From an uncultured delta proteobacterium (lineage in GTDB: Bacteria > Myxococcota > Myxococcia > Myxococcales > Anaeromyxobacteraceae): a stretch of DNA of 64,000 nucleotides. A model generated the notes under the pieces. That model was not told where the DNA came from. It did no database searches and saw only the letters and a list, made by a program, of their open reading frames with translations. Positions 1 to 14,202 of this stretch are shown here, in pieces (within the stretch, counting starts at the first letter, position 1; each line of letters starts with the position of its first letter). The stretch covers positions 1 through 64,000 of the forward strand of contig CAVYBH010000014.1 in NCBI GenBank assembly GCA_963766715.1. Reading direction: 5' to 3'. The position numbers and the translations under genes are program-made.

Positions 1-6
1 CCCACC

Positions 7-570
7 ATGGCAATCGAGAAGCCCCCGTACCGCGTGGCCCAGCAACTCCCGGGTATCGAGGTGCGGGAGTACCCGCCCTACCTCGTGGCCGAGACGGAGG
101 TGTCCGGCTCGCGGGAAGAGGCTGGCAATGCCGGCTTCCGCCGGCTGGCCGACTACATCTTCGGCAAGAACCGGGGGGAGAAAAATCGCCATGACGGCGC
201 CCGTGGCCCAGCAGGCCGGAGCGCGCATCGCCATGACCGCGCCGGTCTCACAGCAGGAGCGGCCGATCGCGGGCCGTCCACCTGGGTGATCCAGTTCATG
301 ATGCCCTCCGAGTACACCCGGGAGACCTTGCCCGAGCCGCTCAATCCGGCCATCCGGTTCGCGAGGTCCCGGCGCGGAGCGTGGCCGTGCTCCGGTATTC
401 GGGGACATGGTCGGAGGAGCGCTACCTCGAGAAGCTGGCCGAACTGCTCGCCGCCATGAAGAAGGAGGGTCTCCGCGGGGTGGGGAGCCCGTCTGGGCGC
501 GGTATGACCCTCCGTTCATTCCGTGGTTCCTCCGGACCAACGGAATCCTGATCGAGGAATCGCGCCGTGA
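7..570 (+). CDS. SOUL family heme-binding protein (frameshifted; end approximate)
   Basis: IEKPPY..IEVREYP..AGFRRLADYIFGKN, repeated IAMTAPV, FMMPSEY..LPEP, and C-terminal ARYDPPFIPWFLRTN..I, spread over several frames. Confidence 0.85.
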
Positions 571-576
571 CGGGCC

Positions 577-2413
577 TCAGGCGGCCCGCGGCAGCTCGCA
601 CTTGACCCTCCCGAGCAGCTCGGCGAGCTCGCCGTCGGAGAGGGTCTCCTTCTCGAGGAGGCGGCGGGCGCCCTCGACGAGCAGGTCGCGGTTCTGGACC
701 AGCAGGAGGCGGGCCCGCTGGAAGGCGCCGTCCACCAGGTCGCGCACCGCCATGTCGATCTCCCGCGCCGTCTCCTCGGCGTAGCGGCGCTGCGGGCCGA
801 CCATCTGGCCCAGGTAGCCGCCCTGGTCGGCCTCGTACGTCACCGGTCCGAGCGGGCCGCCCATGCCGAAGCGGGCCACCATCGAGCGGGCGATCTCGGT
901 GGCGCGCGAGATGTCGTCGGACGCGCCGGTCGAGAGGTGCCCGTACACCACGTGCTCGGCGGCCCGCCCGCCCATGAGCACGGCCATCTTGTTGGCGAGC
1001 TCGTCCCGGGTCATCAGGAAGCGGTCCTCGGTGGGGCGCTGGATGGTGTAGCCGAGCGCGCCGATGCCGCGCGGGATGATGGAGATCTTGTGCACGGGGT
1101 CGGCGCCCGGCAGCGCCGACGCCACCAGGGCGTGACCGAGCTCGTGGTGCGCGACGATCTCCCGCTCCTTCGGGTTGAGCAGCCGGTTCTTCCGCTCCAG
1201 CCCGGCCACGATCCGCTCGATGGCCACGTTGAAGTCGGCCATGGAGACGGCCAGCGCCTCCGGGCCGCGCCGGGTGGCCGCCAGCGCCGCCTCGTTGACG
1301 AGGTTGGCCAGGTCCGCGCCGGTGAAGCCCGGCGTCAGCGCCGCCACCTGCTCCAGCTTCACGTCCGGGTCGAGGGTCACCTTCCTGGCGTGCACCTCCA
1401 GGATCTGGACGCGCCCGGTCCGGTCGGGCCGGTCGACCAGCACCTGCCGGTCGAAGCGGCCGGCGCGCAGCAGGGCCGGATCGAGCACCTCGGGCCGGTT
1501 GGTGGCGGCCAGCAGCACGAGGCCGGTGGAGACGTCGAAGCCGTCCAGCTCCACCAGCAGCTGGTTGAGCGTCTGCTCCTTCTCGTCGTGGCCGCCGCCC
1601 ATGCCGCCCATGGCGTTGCGGGCGCGCCCCAGCGCGTCCAGCTCGTCGATGAAGATGATGGCGGGCGCCTTCTTGCGCGCCTGCTCGAAGAGGTCGCGCA
1701 CCCGGGCCGCGCCCACGCCCACGAACATCTCCACGAACTCCGAGCCGGAGATGGAGAAGAAGGGAACGCTGGCCTCGCCGGCCACCGCCTTGGCGAGCAG
1801 CGTCTTGCCGGTGCCCGGCGGCCCGACCAGCAGGACGCCCTTGGGCATGCGGGCGCCGAGCCGGCCGTAGCTCTTCGGGTCCTTCAGGAAGGCCACCACC
1901 TCGGCGAGCTCGGCCTTGGCCTCGTCCACGCCGGCCACGTCGGCGAAGGAGGTCTTGGTGTCGGTCTCGACGTAGACCTTGGCCTTCGACTTGCCGATGG
2001 CCATGAGGCCGCCGCCGGGGCCGCCGGCCCGCCCTGCATGCGCCTGGCCAGGAACATCCAGACGCCGAAGAAGAAGAGCACCGGCAGGATCCAGGAGAGG
2101 AGCATGGGCAGGAAGTTGCTCTCCAGCCGCCCGGCGTAGGTCACCCCGGCGGCGTCGAGCTCCTTCGAGATGTCGGGGTCGACGCGGGTGGTGACGAACC
2201 GGCTCTTGCCCTCGAGCGGCTTCTTCAGGGAGCCCTCGATGCGGTCGGGGCCGATGGTCACCTTCTCGACGTCGCCGGCCCGCACCAGCCCCTGGAACTG
2301 GCTGTACGGGATGTTGGCGACCTCCTGGGAGCGCGCCCAGAGGCCCTGCAGCAGGAGCACGCCCATGAAGGCGAGGGCGACGTAGAACAGGTTGAAGCGG
2401 GTCTTTGGTTCAT
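577..2413 (-). CDS. ftsH: ATP-dependent zinc metalloprotease FtsH (frameshifts near 2410 and 2020)
   Basis: Two N-terminal TM segments, Walker A GPPGTGKT, Walker [26 protein letters not shown] zinc motif. Confidence 0.95.
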
Positions 2414-2483
2414 GACGGACAGGATCTAAGGCCGGGAGGAACCCGGCGAAAATTAGATAATGCCGACATGACACTGCGAAAAA

Positions 2484-6088
<3,605 letters not shown>

Positions 6089-6186
6089 CGAGGGGGTCGT
6101 ATAGGTGCGGCGACCCCACGGGCAAGGGGCCCGCTCGACCGGACGAACCGGCGAGCAGGCCCCCCGGAAGCACTCCCCGCCGGTTG

Positions 6187-7124
6187 CTACGGGGCCGGGA
6201 GGATGACCCGGTCGATGACGTGGATGACGCCGTTCGAGGTCAGCACGTCGGTGGCGACGATGTTCGAGGTGCGGGCGCGCTTGTCGGTGATGGCGAGCGC
6301 GGGGCTGATGGAGAAGTTCTCCCCCTGCACGGTGTTCGGCTGGGCGCCGGGGACGACGTCGGCCTTCAGCACCCGGGCGCCGAGCACGTGGTAGGTGAGG
6401 ACCGCGGTGAGGAGCGGCTTGTTGGCGAGCAGGTCGGCCTTGGAGACGCCCAGCTCGGCGAGCAGGGCGGCGAAGGCGGCGTTGGTCGGGGCGAAGACGG
6501 TGAAGGGACCGGGGCCCGAGAGCGTGGCGGCGAGGTCGGCGGCGACGACCGCCTCCACGAGGATGGAGAAGTCGGGCAGGGCCTGGGCGGTCTGGACGAT
6601 GTTCTTGTTGGCGGGGAGGATCACCTTGTCCACGACGTGGACGAGCGCGTTCGAGGCCGGGATGTCGGTGGCGATGATCCTGGCGGTGCGGTTCCGACCG
6701 TCGGTGATGACGACGTCGGCGCCCGACCGTGTCGATCTTGAAGAAGCCTCCGGCGAGCGGCGTGATGGCCTTGCCGAGCGGGATCTGGGCCTTCGCGACC
6801 CGGGCGCCGAGCACGTGGTACTGGAGCACGGCGGTGAGGAGCGGCTTGTCGGCGAGGAGCTGCGCCTTGGTGACGCCGAGCTCGGTGAGCAGGGCCGCGA
6901 AGGCCGCGTTGGTCGGGGCGAAGACGGTGTAGGGGCCGGGGGCCGAGAGCGTGCCCGCCAGGTCGGCCGCGACGACCGCCTCCACGAGGATGCTCAGGTC
7001 CGGGTTGCCCTGGGCGAGCTGGACCACGTTCTGGGTGGAGGGTTCCGGCGTCGGCGGTCTCGGAGCCGCAGGCGACGAGCACGGCAGCGAGCGTGAGGGC
7101 GAGGGAGCTTCGGGTCAGCGTCAT
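6187..7124 (-). CDS. Fasciclin (FAS1) lipoprotein with two tandem FAS1 domains (frameshifted)
   Basis: Lipobox VLVAC; two copies of GP[YF]TVFAPTNAAF..L.YHV; SNGVIHVIDRVILP. Confidence 0.92.
6370..6995. repeat. Intragenic tandem duplication of the FAS1 domain
   Basis: About 6370-6565 and 6800-6995 are highly similar in DNA (e.g. gcgttggtcggggcgaagacggtg and cgacgaccgcctccacgaggatg in both). Confidence 0.9.
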
Positions 7125-7176
7125 GGGGTGCCTCCAGGTTTTCGGAGCGCTTCATGCGATCCGGTGTACCTGGCAC

Positions 7177-7203
7177 TTCGCTGGCCAGCGCCGTCCTGGA
7201 TGC
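7177..7203 (-). promoter_or_regulatory. Putative SigK-type ECF promoter for the fasciclin-sigma-anti-sigma operon
   Basis: Minus strand GCATCC-N17-CGAA about 53 nt upstream of the fasciclin ATG; resembles the mycobacterial SigK ATCC/CGAA motif. Confidence 0.6.
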
Positions 7204-7325
7204 GCGCTGGACGCAGCAGACCCTGGAGGGGAGCGGGTGCATCCAGGATGGCCCGGCGTACGAACCGGGGCCGTGGCCTGCGTCCGGCGGGTAAACGAAC
7301 CGCGCCGAGATCGTTCGACTTCCCG

Positions 7326-7919
7326 CTACTTCGCAGCGGGGTACCGTTCCTCGGGGGAGACGTCGGGCTTCTCCCCCCAGTGCTGGGGAACCTTGCGGAG
7401 CTGGGCCACGTCGTAGCCCGCGTCCTTCACGATTCCGGTGAGGCGGGCCCAGTCGGCTTCCGTCACCTCGGGGGTCCGCGCCATCACCCACACGTAGTCC
7501 CTGGCGCTGCGCCCGATGACGGTCTCCCGGTACTCGGGGTCCACGTGGACCACGAGGTACTCGAAGCGGAACGGCCCTTGCCACCAGTAGAACTTCATCC
7601 CCCACTCCGCGCCGAATCCCTCCTTCACGTAGCCGGTGGGGCGCATGGTCTCGAGGGGCCCGTCGAATGCGCCACGACGAAAGGTGAAGGTCGTCTCCAC
7701 CACGTCCGTCTTCCCCTCCTCCAGGCGGTAGGACTCGACCGCGTTCCAGGCCTCCTTCTCGGCTGGGGCCGGGATGTGGGCCAGGACGTACCAGTCGCCC
7801 ATGAAGCGGGGGATGTCGACGTGGTCGGCGATCTTCATGGGTGCGGTCGCGCAGGCGGGGAGGAGGGAGAGAGCGAGCGCGGCGAGCGGAGCCACGCGAG
7901 CGCGGCGGAACGTGAGCAT
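7326..7919 (-). CDS. blc: Blc-like outer-membrane lipocalin lipoprotein
   Basis: Lipobox LLPAC; VDIPRFMGDWYVLA (GxW); Y.V.HVDPEY..VIG.SARDYVWVMARTP. Confidence 0.88.
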   Translation of the reverse strand: MLTFRRARVAPLAALALSLLPACATAPMKIADHVDIPRFMGDWYVLAHIPAPAEKEAWNAVESYRLEEGKTDVVETTFTFRRGAFDGPLETMRPTGYVKEGFGAEWGMKFYWWQGPFRFEYLVVHVDPEYRETVIGRSARDYVWVMARTPEVTEADWARLTGIVKDAGYDVAQLRKVPQHWGEKPDVSPEERYPAAK

Positions 7920-7975
7920 TCCGATGACTAACCACCCGGGGATGCGAGCGCCACGGGCCGTGGGGCAAGCCCGCG

Positions 7976-8539
7976 TCACGCACCTTCCTCCGGAGTCGAA
8001 TCCTCGGCCTCGGTGTAGAGGCGGAGCAGATCCTTCGCGCGCCCGACCCGTCGATCGCTTCCTGGCAGGCGGAGCCGGGTCGCATCGAGATCGCCGAGGC
8101 GCACCCGATCCAGGCCGTCGGCATCCTTGAGGATGCGAAACACCAGCAGCGCCGCATCGGACCTCTCGAGGAACTCCTCGGCGGCGCGTTCGCCGTGGCT
8201 CTCGCCGCCCGAGTGGTGCGTCACCGCGAAGAGCGCGAGCTCCACCATCGGAAGCGGGAGCCCGCGGTGCAGCCCGAGCCCGACCACTTTTCCGGCGCTT
8301 TTCCCCCCGTGGTAGTAGTCCCGGCCGTCGTCGGTCCTCCCGATGTCGTGCCAGAGCGCCGCGAGGATGACGGCCTCCCGGGTCGACGGCTCCGCCTTCA
8401 GGGCGGCGGCGATCTCGTCCGCGTGGATCATCACCCGCCGGGTGTGCATCAGGCCGTGAATGCCCCTGGATCCGTCCTCTCCGTCCGGGCGCAGGAACCA
8501 GGCCGGGTCGGGGGAGGGGAGGCCAGCGCGGGCGGTCAT
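7976..8539 (-). CDS. HD-domain metal-dependent phosphohydrolase
   Basis: HG..HTRRV, AALWHDIGR, HG..SA, HH, LKDADGLDRVR. Confidence 0.85.
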   Translation of the reverse strand: MTARAGLPSPDPAWFLRPDGEDGSRGIHGLMHTRRVMIHADEIAAALKAEPSTREAVILAALWHDIGRTDDGRDYYHGGKSAGKVVGLGLHRGLPLPMVELALFAVTHHSGGESHGERAAEEFLERSDAALLVFRILKDADGLDRVRLGDLDATRLRLPGSDRRVGRAKDLLRLYTEAEDSTPEEGA

Positions 8540-8970
8540 CGGATGGAGGCCAGCGTTCGCAGCGAGCGGAGGTACTTGGAGATGCGCTTCGCGTCTCGTT
8601 CCGTGACCTCCTGGAGTCGTGTCACGTCGAGGTTGTCGCGGAGGTCGGCGATCTTCACCGCCCGCGCGATGGCGTTCCCGGCGAGGCGCGAGACGTACTC
8701 GTCGTAGTCGTCGCCGTCTCCGTGGGAGAGGAGGCGGAGGGCCGCCTCCTCCTCCGAGGTGAGGCCGTGCGCCGCGTCGAGCGATTCGAGGGTCCAGGCC
8801 GAGTCCTCCACGACGTCATGGAGGATGGCGACCTTGCGGGCGGAGTCGAGCGACGGGCTTTCCACCGTCATCATGACCCGCAGCGGATGGAGGATGTAGG
8901 GCTTGCCGGCCTTGTCGATCTGGCCGGCGTGGGCGTCCACGGCGACGCGAATCGCTTCGTCGAGGGTCAT
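8536..8970 (-). CDS. Small alarmone hydrolase / Mesh1-like HD protein
   Basis: AHAGQIDKAGKPYILHPLRV, AILHDVVED, VKIADLRDN; AGGAG RBS before ATG 8970; 4-nt overlap with the next HD gene. Confidence 0.85.
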   Translation of the reverse strand: MTLDEAIRVAVDAHAGQIDKAGKPYILHPLRVMMTVESPSLDSARKVAILHDVVEDSAWTLESLDAAHGLTSEEEAALRLLSHGDGDDYDEYVSRLAGNAIARAVKIADLRDNLDVTRLQEVTERDAKRISKYLRSLRTLASIR

Positions 8971-9100
8971 GCAGACTCCTTTCTGTGGGGTTCCGGGCGG
9001 CGGTCTTCTCTCCGCCCGCCCAGGATCAGAGTACGAGGCGGACGGACATCCCGAGACCAGCCACCTCCCGTGTCCGACCGCAGCGTAGACTCCCCTTCCC

Positions 9101-10247
9101 ATGTCGCTCCGCATCCTCCACAGTTCCGACTGGCACCTCGGCCGAGCCTTCTTCGAGGAGTCGCTCCAGTCCGACCAGGTCTGGGTCCTCGACCGCCTCC
9201 TCGAGGCCCTCCGGGATGCCCGGCCGGACGTGCTCGTCGTCGCCGGCGACATCTACGACCGGGCAGTGCCCTCGAAGGAGGCCGTGGAGCTTCTCGACGA
9301 CGTGCTCTGCCGCGTGGCGGCGCTCGGCATCCCGGTCATCGCCATCGCCGGAAACCACGACTCCCCGGAGAGGCTCTCCTTCGGATCCCGGCTCCTCGAG
9401 GCCAGCGGCGTTCACCTCCGCGGAGCCCTGGACGAGGTCGCGAAGCCGGTGGTCATTCCCGGGAAGGGGTTCGTCTACGCGGTGCCCTTCGTCGATCCCG
9501 ACGTCGTCCGCGGGATGACCGGAGACGACTCGCTCCGCGGCCACGCCGCGGCCACCGAGCGCATCCTGTCCGCCGCCCGCGCGGACGCGGACACCCGCGA
9601 CCTGCCCACCGTGCTCGTCGCCCATGCCTTCATCCAGGGGGCGATGGAGACCCCGGACAGCGAGCGCCCCGTCTCCGTGGGTACGGCAGGGTCCGTCCCG
9701 GTCGCCACCCTCGCCGGCTACGACTACGTCGCCCTCGGCCACCTGCACGGTCCGCAGGAGGTGGCGGCTGGCGTTCGCTACTCCGGCTCGCTCCTCAAGT
9801 ACTCGTTCGCCGAGGCGGGTCAGGAGAAGGCCGCCCTCCTCGTCGAGGTGGATCGCGGGAGCGCGCGCGTGGAGCCGATCCCCCTCGGGCAGAGGCGGGA
9901 CGTGGCTCGCATCCAGGGGACGATGGCCGACCTCCTGTCCCGGCCGGACCTCGAGCGACACCGCGGGGACCTCGTCGAGGCCACCCTCGAGGACGAAGGC
10001 TACGTCGTCGACGCGCGCGTGAAGCTGCAGGAGCGCTTCCCCCACGTCCTGAACGTCCGGCGGAAGGAGGTCCACTCCTGGTGGACGTGGCACCTTCGCG
10101 AGCCGGGTGGCGGGGGCGGCGGGCGACGACCAGGCGCTGTTCCGGGCCTTCCTCGAGGACGTCGTCGGCACTCCGCCCAGCGAGGCCCAGTCCGCCTGCT
10201 TCGCCGACGCGGTCGAGAGCGTGGCCAGGAAGGAGCGCGCGTCGTGA
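9101..10247 (+). CDS. sbcD: SbcD / Mre11-like exonuclease subunit (frameshift near 10080-10140)
   Basis: [37 protein letters not shown]. Confidence 0.93.
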
Positions 10248-13200
10248 GGCCTCTGCACCTCGAGCTCACCGCCTTCGGCCCGTACCCCGGGAAGCAGCCC
10301 ATCGACTTCACCGAGCTCGGCGGGAGCGACCTCTTCCTCATCCACGGCCCGACCGGCTCCGGGAAGACCTCGATCTTCGACGGGCTGACCTACGCACTCT
10401 TCGGCGAAGCTCGCCGGCAGCCGCGGCGTGGACCGCATCCGCGCCGACCGGGCCGACAAGGACCTCCAGACGCAGGTGGTCTTCCGGTTCCGGATGGGCG
10501 ACCTCGTCTACCGCGTGGAGCGGACTCCGGAGTGGGAACGGCCCAGGAAGCGCGGGGGAGGCACGACGACCCAGCCGGCCGGGGCGAGCCTCTGGCGAGA
10601 GGGCGACGACCTGCCCGTCGCGACCGGCGCCACCGACGTCACGAAGGCGATCGTCGACGTCCTGGGCATGGACGTCGACCAGTTCACGCAGGTGGCGCTG
10701 CTTCCCCAGGGAGAGTTCAAGCGGCTCCTCTGCGCCGATTCGAAGGAACGCGAGGTCCTCCTGAAGCGCCTCTTCGCGACGGATCGGTACGTCGACGTCG
10801 AGAACATCCTCGTCGAGCGAAAGAAGAGGCTCGAGGCCGAGAACGAGAAGCTGACGGCGCACCGTTCCGAGGTGCTCGGAGGGGAGACCCGGGAAGCGAT
10901 CCTCGAGCGGCTCGGCGAGGCTCGCGCCCAGGTCGATTCGGCAGGAGCGAGGGCGACCGAGCTGCGCCTGAAGGCCGCGGCCGCCTTGAGCGTGCTCGTC
11001 GAGGCGAATCAGGTCTCCGTCCGGTTCGACGAGCGAGACGGGGCCCGGACCGAGGAGTCCCGGTCGAGCGTGGAGGCCCAGGCTGCGAGGGTCGACGGCG
11101 AGCGGCTCGGGCGCGCCCGGTCCGCGGAGCGCGTCCGCGACCGGCTCGCCCGCGTCCTGCAGGCGGAGACGGACGAGGGGGCTTGCGTCCGCGAGGAGCG
11201 CGGCGCCGGCGAGACCGAGAAGCAGGCCACGGAACAGCTCGCGAAGGCCGAGGTGCTGGCCAGTGCGGCGGAGGCCGGGAAGCCCGAGCGGTCGAGGGTC
11301 TCCACGCGCATCGGGCAACTCGAGGCCGCGATGCCGGACCTGCAGCGCCTCCTCGCGCTCGACGCCGCCTGCGCGGCGGCCGAGGCGAAGGCCGGCGAGG
11401 CGAAGGGGAAGGTCGAGAAGCTGGGCCAGGCGCTGCTGGCTGCCGAGCAGAGGACCCGGGCGCTCGCCGAAGAGGGCGTGAAGCTCCGGCCGCTCGCGAT
11501 GGACCTGCCGGCGCGCCAGGAGGTCGCCCGGTCGCTGGGCGAGGCGCTGCGGGAAGCGCGGGACCGGGAGAAGCTGCGCTCCGAGGGGGCTGCCCAGGCG
11601 CGGACGTCGGACGAGGCCAGCCGCTCGGCGGCCAATGCCCGGGAGGCGGCCACGAAGGCCGCGAGGGGCGCGGAACGGCTCCACGCCCTTCGGGAAGAGG
11701 GGCTCGCCGCCTGGCTGGCGCGAACGGCCCTGCACGACGGCGAGGCCTGTCCGGTGTGCGGATCGCTCGACCATCCCGCGCCTGCCCAGGCCGAGGGGCA
11801 CATCCCGGACGAGCGAGAGGTGAACGAGGCCAGGGCCAGGGCCGAGGCGCTGGGCCGTTCGGCGGCTGAAGCCGAGTCGGCCAGGGACCTCGCCGCGGGC
11901 CTGCTGGAGGAGCTCCGGCGAAGGCTGGACGATGCGAGCCGGCGGGAGGCGCGAGACGTCGCGGCACTCGAGGCCGAGCACGCACTCGCCGTCCGGGGGC
12001 ACGCCGAGGCCCGCTCGGCGAGCGACCGGCTCGCCAGGCTGGAGGAGGAGCTGGCCGCGTGCCGGGCAGAAGCGGAGGACGCACGGGTCCGGCGGGATCG
12101 GGCTGGCGGGGATGCGTCGGCGGCCCAGGAGGGCGCGGCCAAGGTCGATGCCTCCCGGGCGGAGCTTCGGCGGCAACTGGATGCGCTCGGCGTCGGTCCG
12201 GCCGCAGCGGAGGAGGTCCGGAAGCTCCGGGACGACCTCCAGGGGCGCGAGAAGCGGGCCAAGGACGCCTTCGAGCAGCACCAGGCCGCGATCACCCGGC
12301 TGGCCCAGGCCGGAACGCGCCTCTCGCTGGTCCGGAAGGCCCTGGGCGACTCCAGGCGCACGCTCACCGAGGCGCGCGAGGCGGCCAGCTCCGCATGCGC
12401 CGCCGAGGGGTTCCTCGACGTCGCCTCGTGCACGGAGGCGCTCCTCCCGGTCGCCCGGCAGGACGAGCTCCAGGCCTCGATCGACCGGCGGATTTCCCAG
12501 CACCTCGCGGCGGTGAAGCGGCTCGAGGAGCTCGAGGCCGCCCTTTCCGGTCTCACCCGGCCCGACGTCGGTCGCGCCCAGGCGGAGCGGGACGGAGCCG
12601 AGAAGGCAGCCCGGGAGGCCGGGGAGGAGCGCGTCCGGTTCGAGCAGGAGGCTGCGGCTCTCACCGGGCGCGTGAAGCGGCTCGAGGAGCTGCAGGCCCA
12701 TGCCGACGACATCGCCGAGAAGCTGAAGGTCGCCGGCCACGTCGCCGAGCTCGTGAGGGGCAGCAATCCCAAGGCGATGAGCCTGCACCGTTTCGTTCTC
12801 GCGGCCCGCCTGGAGGAGGTGGCGGAGGCGGCCAGCGAACGGCTGACCGTCATGACCAAGGGGCGATTCCGGCTGCTCCACGACACTTCGGTGGCCCGGA
12901 GGAACTCCGCCGCCGGTCTCTCGCTCGTGGTCGAGGACACGTGGACCGGGACCCGCGATCGGCCGGTTGGCGCGCTGTCGGGAGGGGAGAGCTTCCTCGC
13001 CAGCCTCTCGCTCGCCCTGGGGCTCTCCGACGTGGTGCTTCGTCACTCCGGGGGGCGACGGCTCGATGCCCTCTTCGTGGACGAAGGGTTCGGCACGCTC
13101 GACGAGGCCACGCTCGACGTGGCGATCCAGGCCCTGGAGACCCTGCCGCAGGCCGGAAGGCTCGTGGGAGTGATCTCCCACGTGGCGGAGCTCCGGCGGC

Positions 13201-13268
13201 GGATACCGGCGCGCATCGAGGTGACGTCGACCGAGGGGGGAGCCGTGGCGACGGTGAGGGCGGGATAG
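10244..13268 (+). CDS. sbcC: SbcC / Rad50-like SMC ATPase (frameshift near 10410)
   Basis: AFGPY, Walker [15 protein letters not shown], zinc hook CPVCG, LSGGE, Walker [17 protein letters not shown] overlap with sbcD. Confidence 0.93.
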
Positions 13269-13356
13269 TCGGCCTCGATGACCATCCCGACCGTGTCGTG
13301 TCCGTCCCCCGCGTAGAGTCCTGGATGTGACCAGCAACTCCGCGAAGCCGAGCAAT

Positions 13357-13445
13357 TCCATCACGACGAGCGGTAGGGCCACGGCCCCGAGACCCTCGGC
13401 CAGCTCCCGGTCCCCCGGGGATGTGGCAATGCCGTGTGCGATGGA
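13357..13445 (+). ncRNA. SAM-I-clan riboswitch-like aptamer lacking P4 (copy 1)
   Basis: P1 UCCAUC/GAUGGA; J1/2 ACGA; P2 CGAG-C-GGU/ACC-CUCG with GGG/CCC; loop CACGG (13380-84) complementary to CCGUG (13432-36); P3 GCCAGC..CCCGG-UCCC-CCGGG..GUGGC; upstream of an operon containing metK. Confidence 0.7.
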
Positions 13446-13567
13446 GCCCGAATGACGCCCAAGCCGCCGTAACCCTTCACCCCGACGTCGCCGCGGCGCC
13501 TTCCCGCCGCGCGAACCCCATTCCACCGGTGACCTCGTCGCCGGGCGGGACACTTCCGTCCCGCGAA

Positions 13568-13582
13568 CCTTTCACGGAAAGG
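13568..13582 (+). promoter_or_regulatory. RBS-sequestering hairpin before the TPR-like gene
   Basis: CCTTTC-ACG-GAAAGG, whose 3' arm is the likely SD 8 nt before ATG 13591; preceded by a second hairpin GCGGGAC-N6-GTCCCGC. Confidence 0.45.
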
Positions 13583-13590
13583 CATCACCG

Positions 13591-14202
13591 ATGTTCGACA
13601 AGCGCGTGAAGCATCTCCTCACCGGATCGAAGCGGGGATTCGAGCTGCTCGACAACCGGGAGCCCGCGGAGGCCCTGAAGGTCTTCCGCGAGGTCATCAC
13701 CGAGGCGCGAAAGGCGGGCATCGAGTCCGCCAACCTGTACTGGGGGTGCGCCGTCGCCAGCGACTACACGGGAGAAATGGAGATGGCCTTCGAGAACGTG
13801 ACCGCAGCGCTCGCCCTGGATCCCCTCGCGGGCCCCATCCATCACTCTTTCGAGGTCATCACCCGCCGCATCCGCGACGCGCTCTCCGACCCGGAGCGCG
13901 CCGTCGACGACCCCTCCACGCCGCGCCTCTACGCCATCCTCGTCGGCGCCGGGGAGGCCGAGGTCGAGTCGCACGCCGCCATGACCCGCTACCACCTGGC
14001 CGCGGGAAACGTCCCGGCAGCCGCGGCCATCGCCGACGCGGCCGCGCTCTTCTACCCGAACGCTCCCTCGGCCTGGGAGGCGAAGGCCGCCGTGGCCACA
14101 GCCCGCGGGGACGCGGAGGGCGCCGAGCAGGCCCGCATCGAGGCCGCCGCGGCCGGGGCGGGGAATCCTCCCTTCGGGATTCCGGGCGGGGCGTGCGCAT
14201 GA
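13591..14202 (+). CDS. TPR-like helical-repeat hypothetical protein
   Basis: Helix pairs ending A..ALALDP and A..LFYPNAPSAWEAKA typical of TPRs; ATGA overlap with metK. Confidence 0.65.
   Translation: MFDKRVKHLLTGSKRGFELLDNREPAEALKVFREVITEARKAGIESANLYWGCAVASDYTGEMEMAFENVTAALALDPLAGPIHHSFEVITRRIRDALSDPERAVDDPSTPRLYAILVGAGEAEVESHAAMTRYHLAAGNVPAAAAIADAAALFYPNAPSAWEAKAAVATARGDAEGAEQARIEAAAAGAGNPPFGIPGGACA

Noticed and set aside
123..133. TGGCAATGCCG, matching the invariant riboswitch segment
   Set aside because: It lies inside SOUL coding sequence (AGNAG) with no P1, P2 or P3 context; a chance match.
10338..13553. Long antisense ORFs here and at 22029-24755, 32965-36063 and 60012-63749
   Set aside because: Shadow ORFs opposite well-supported genes, expected from stop-codon scarcity in high-GC DNA; no motifs.
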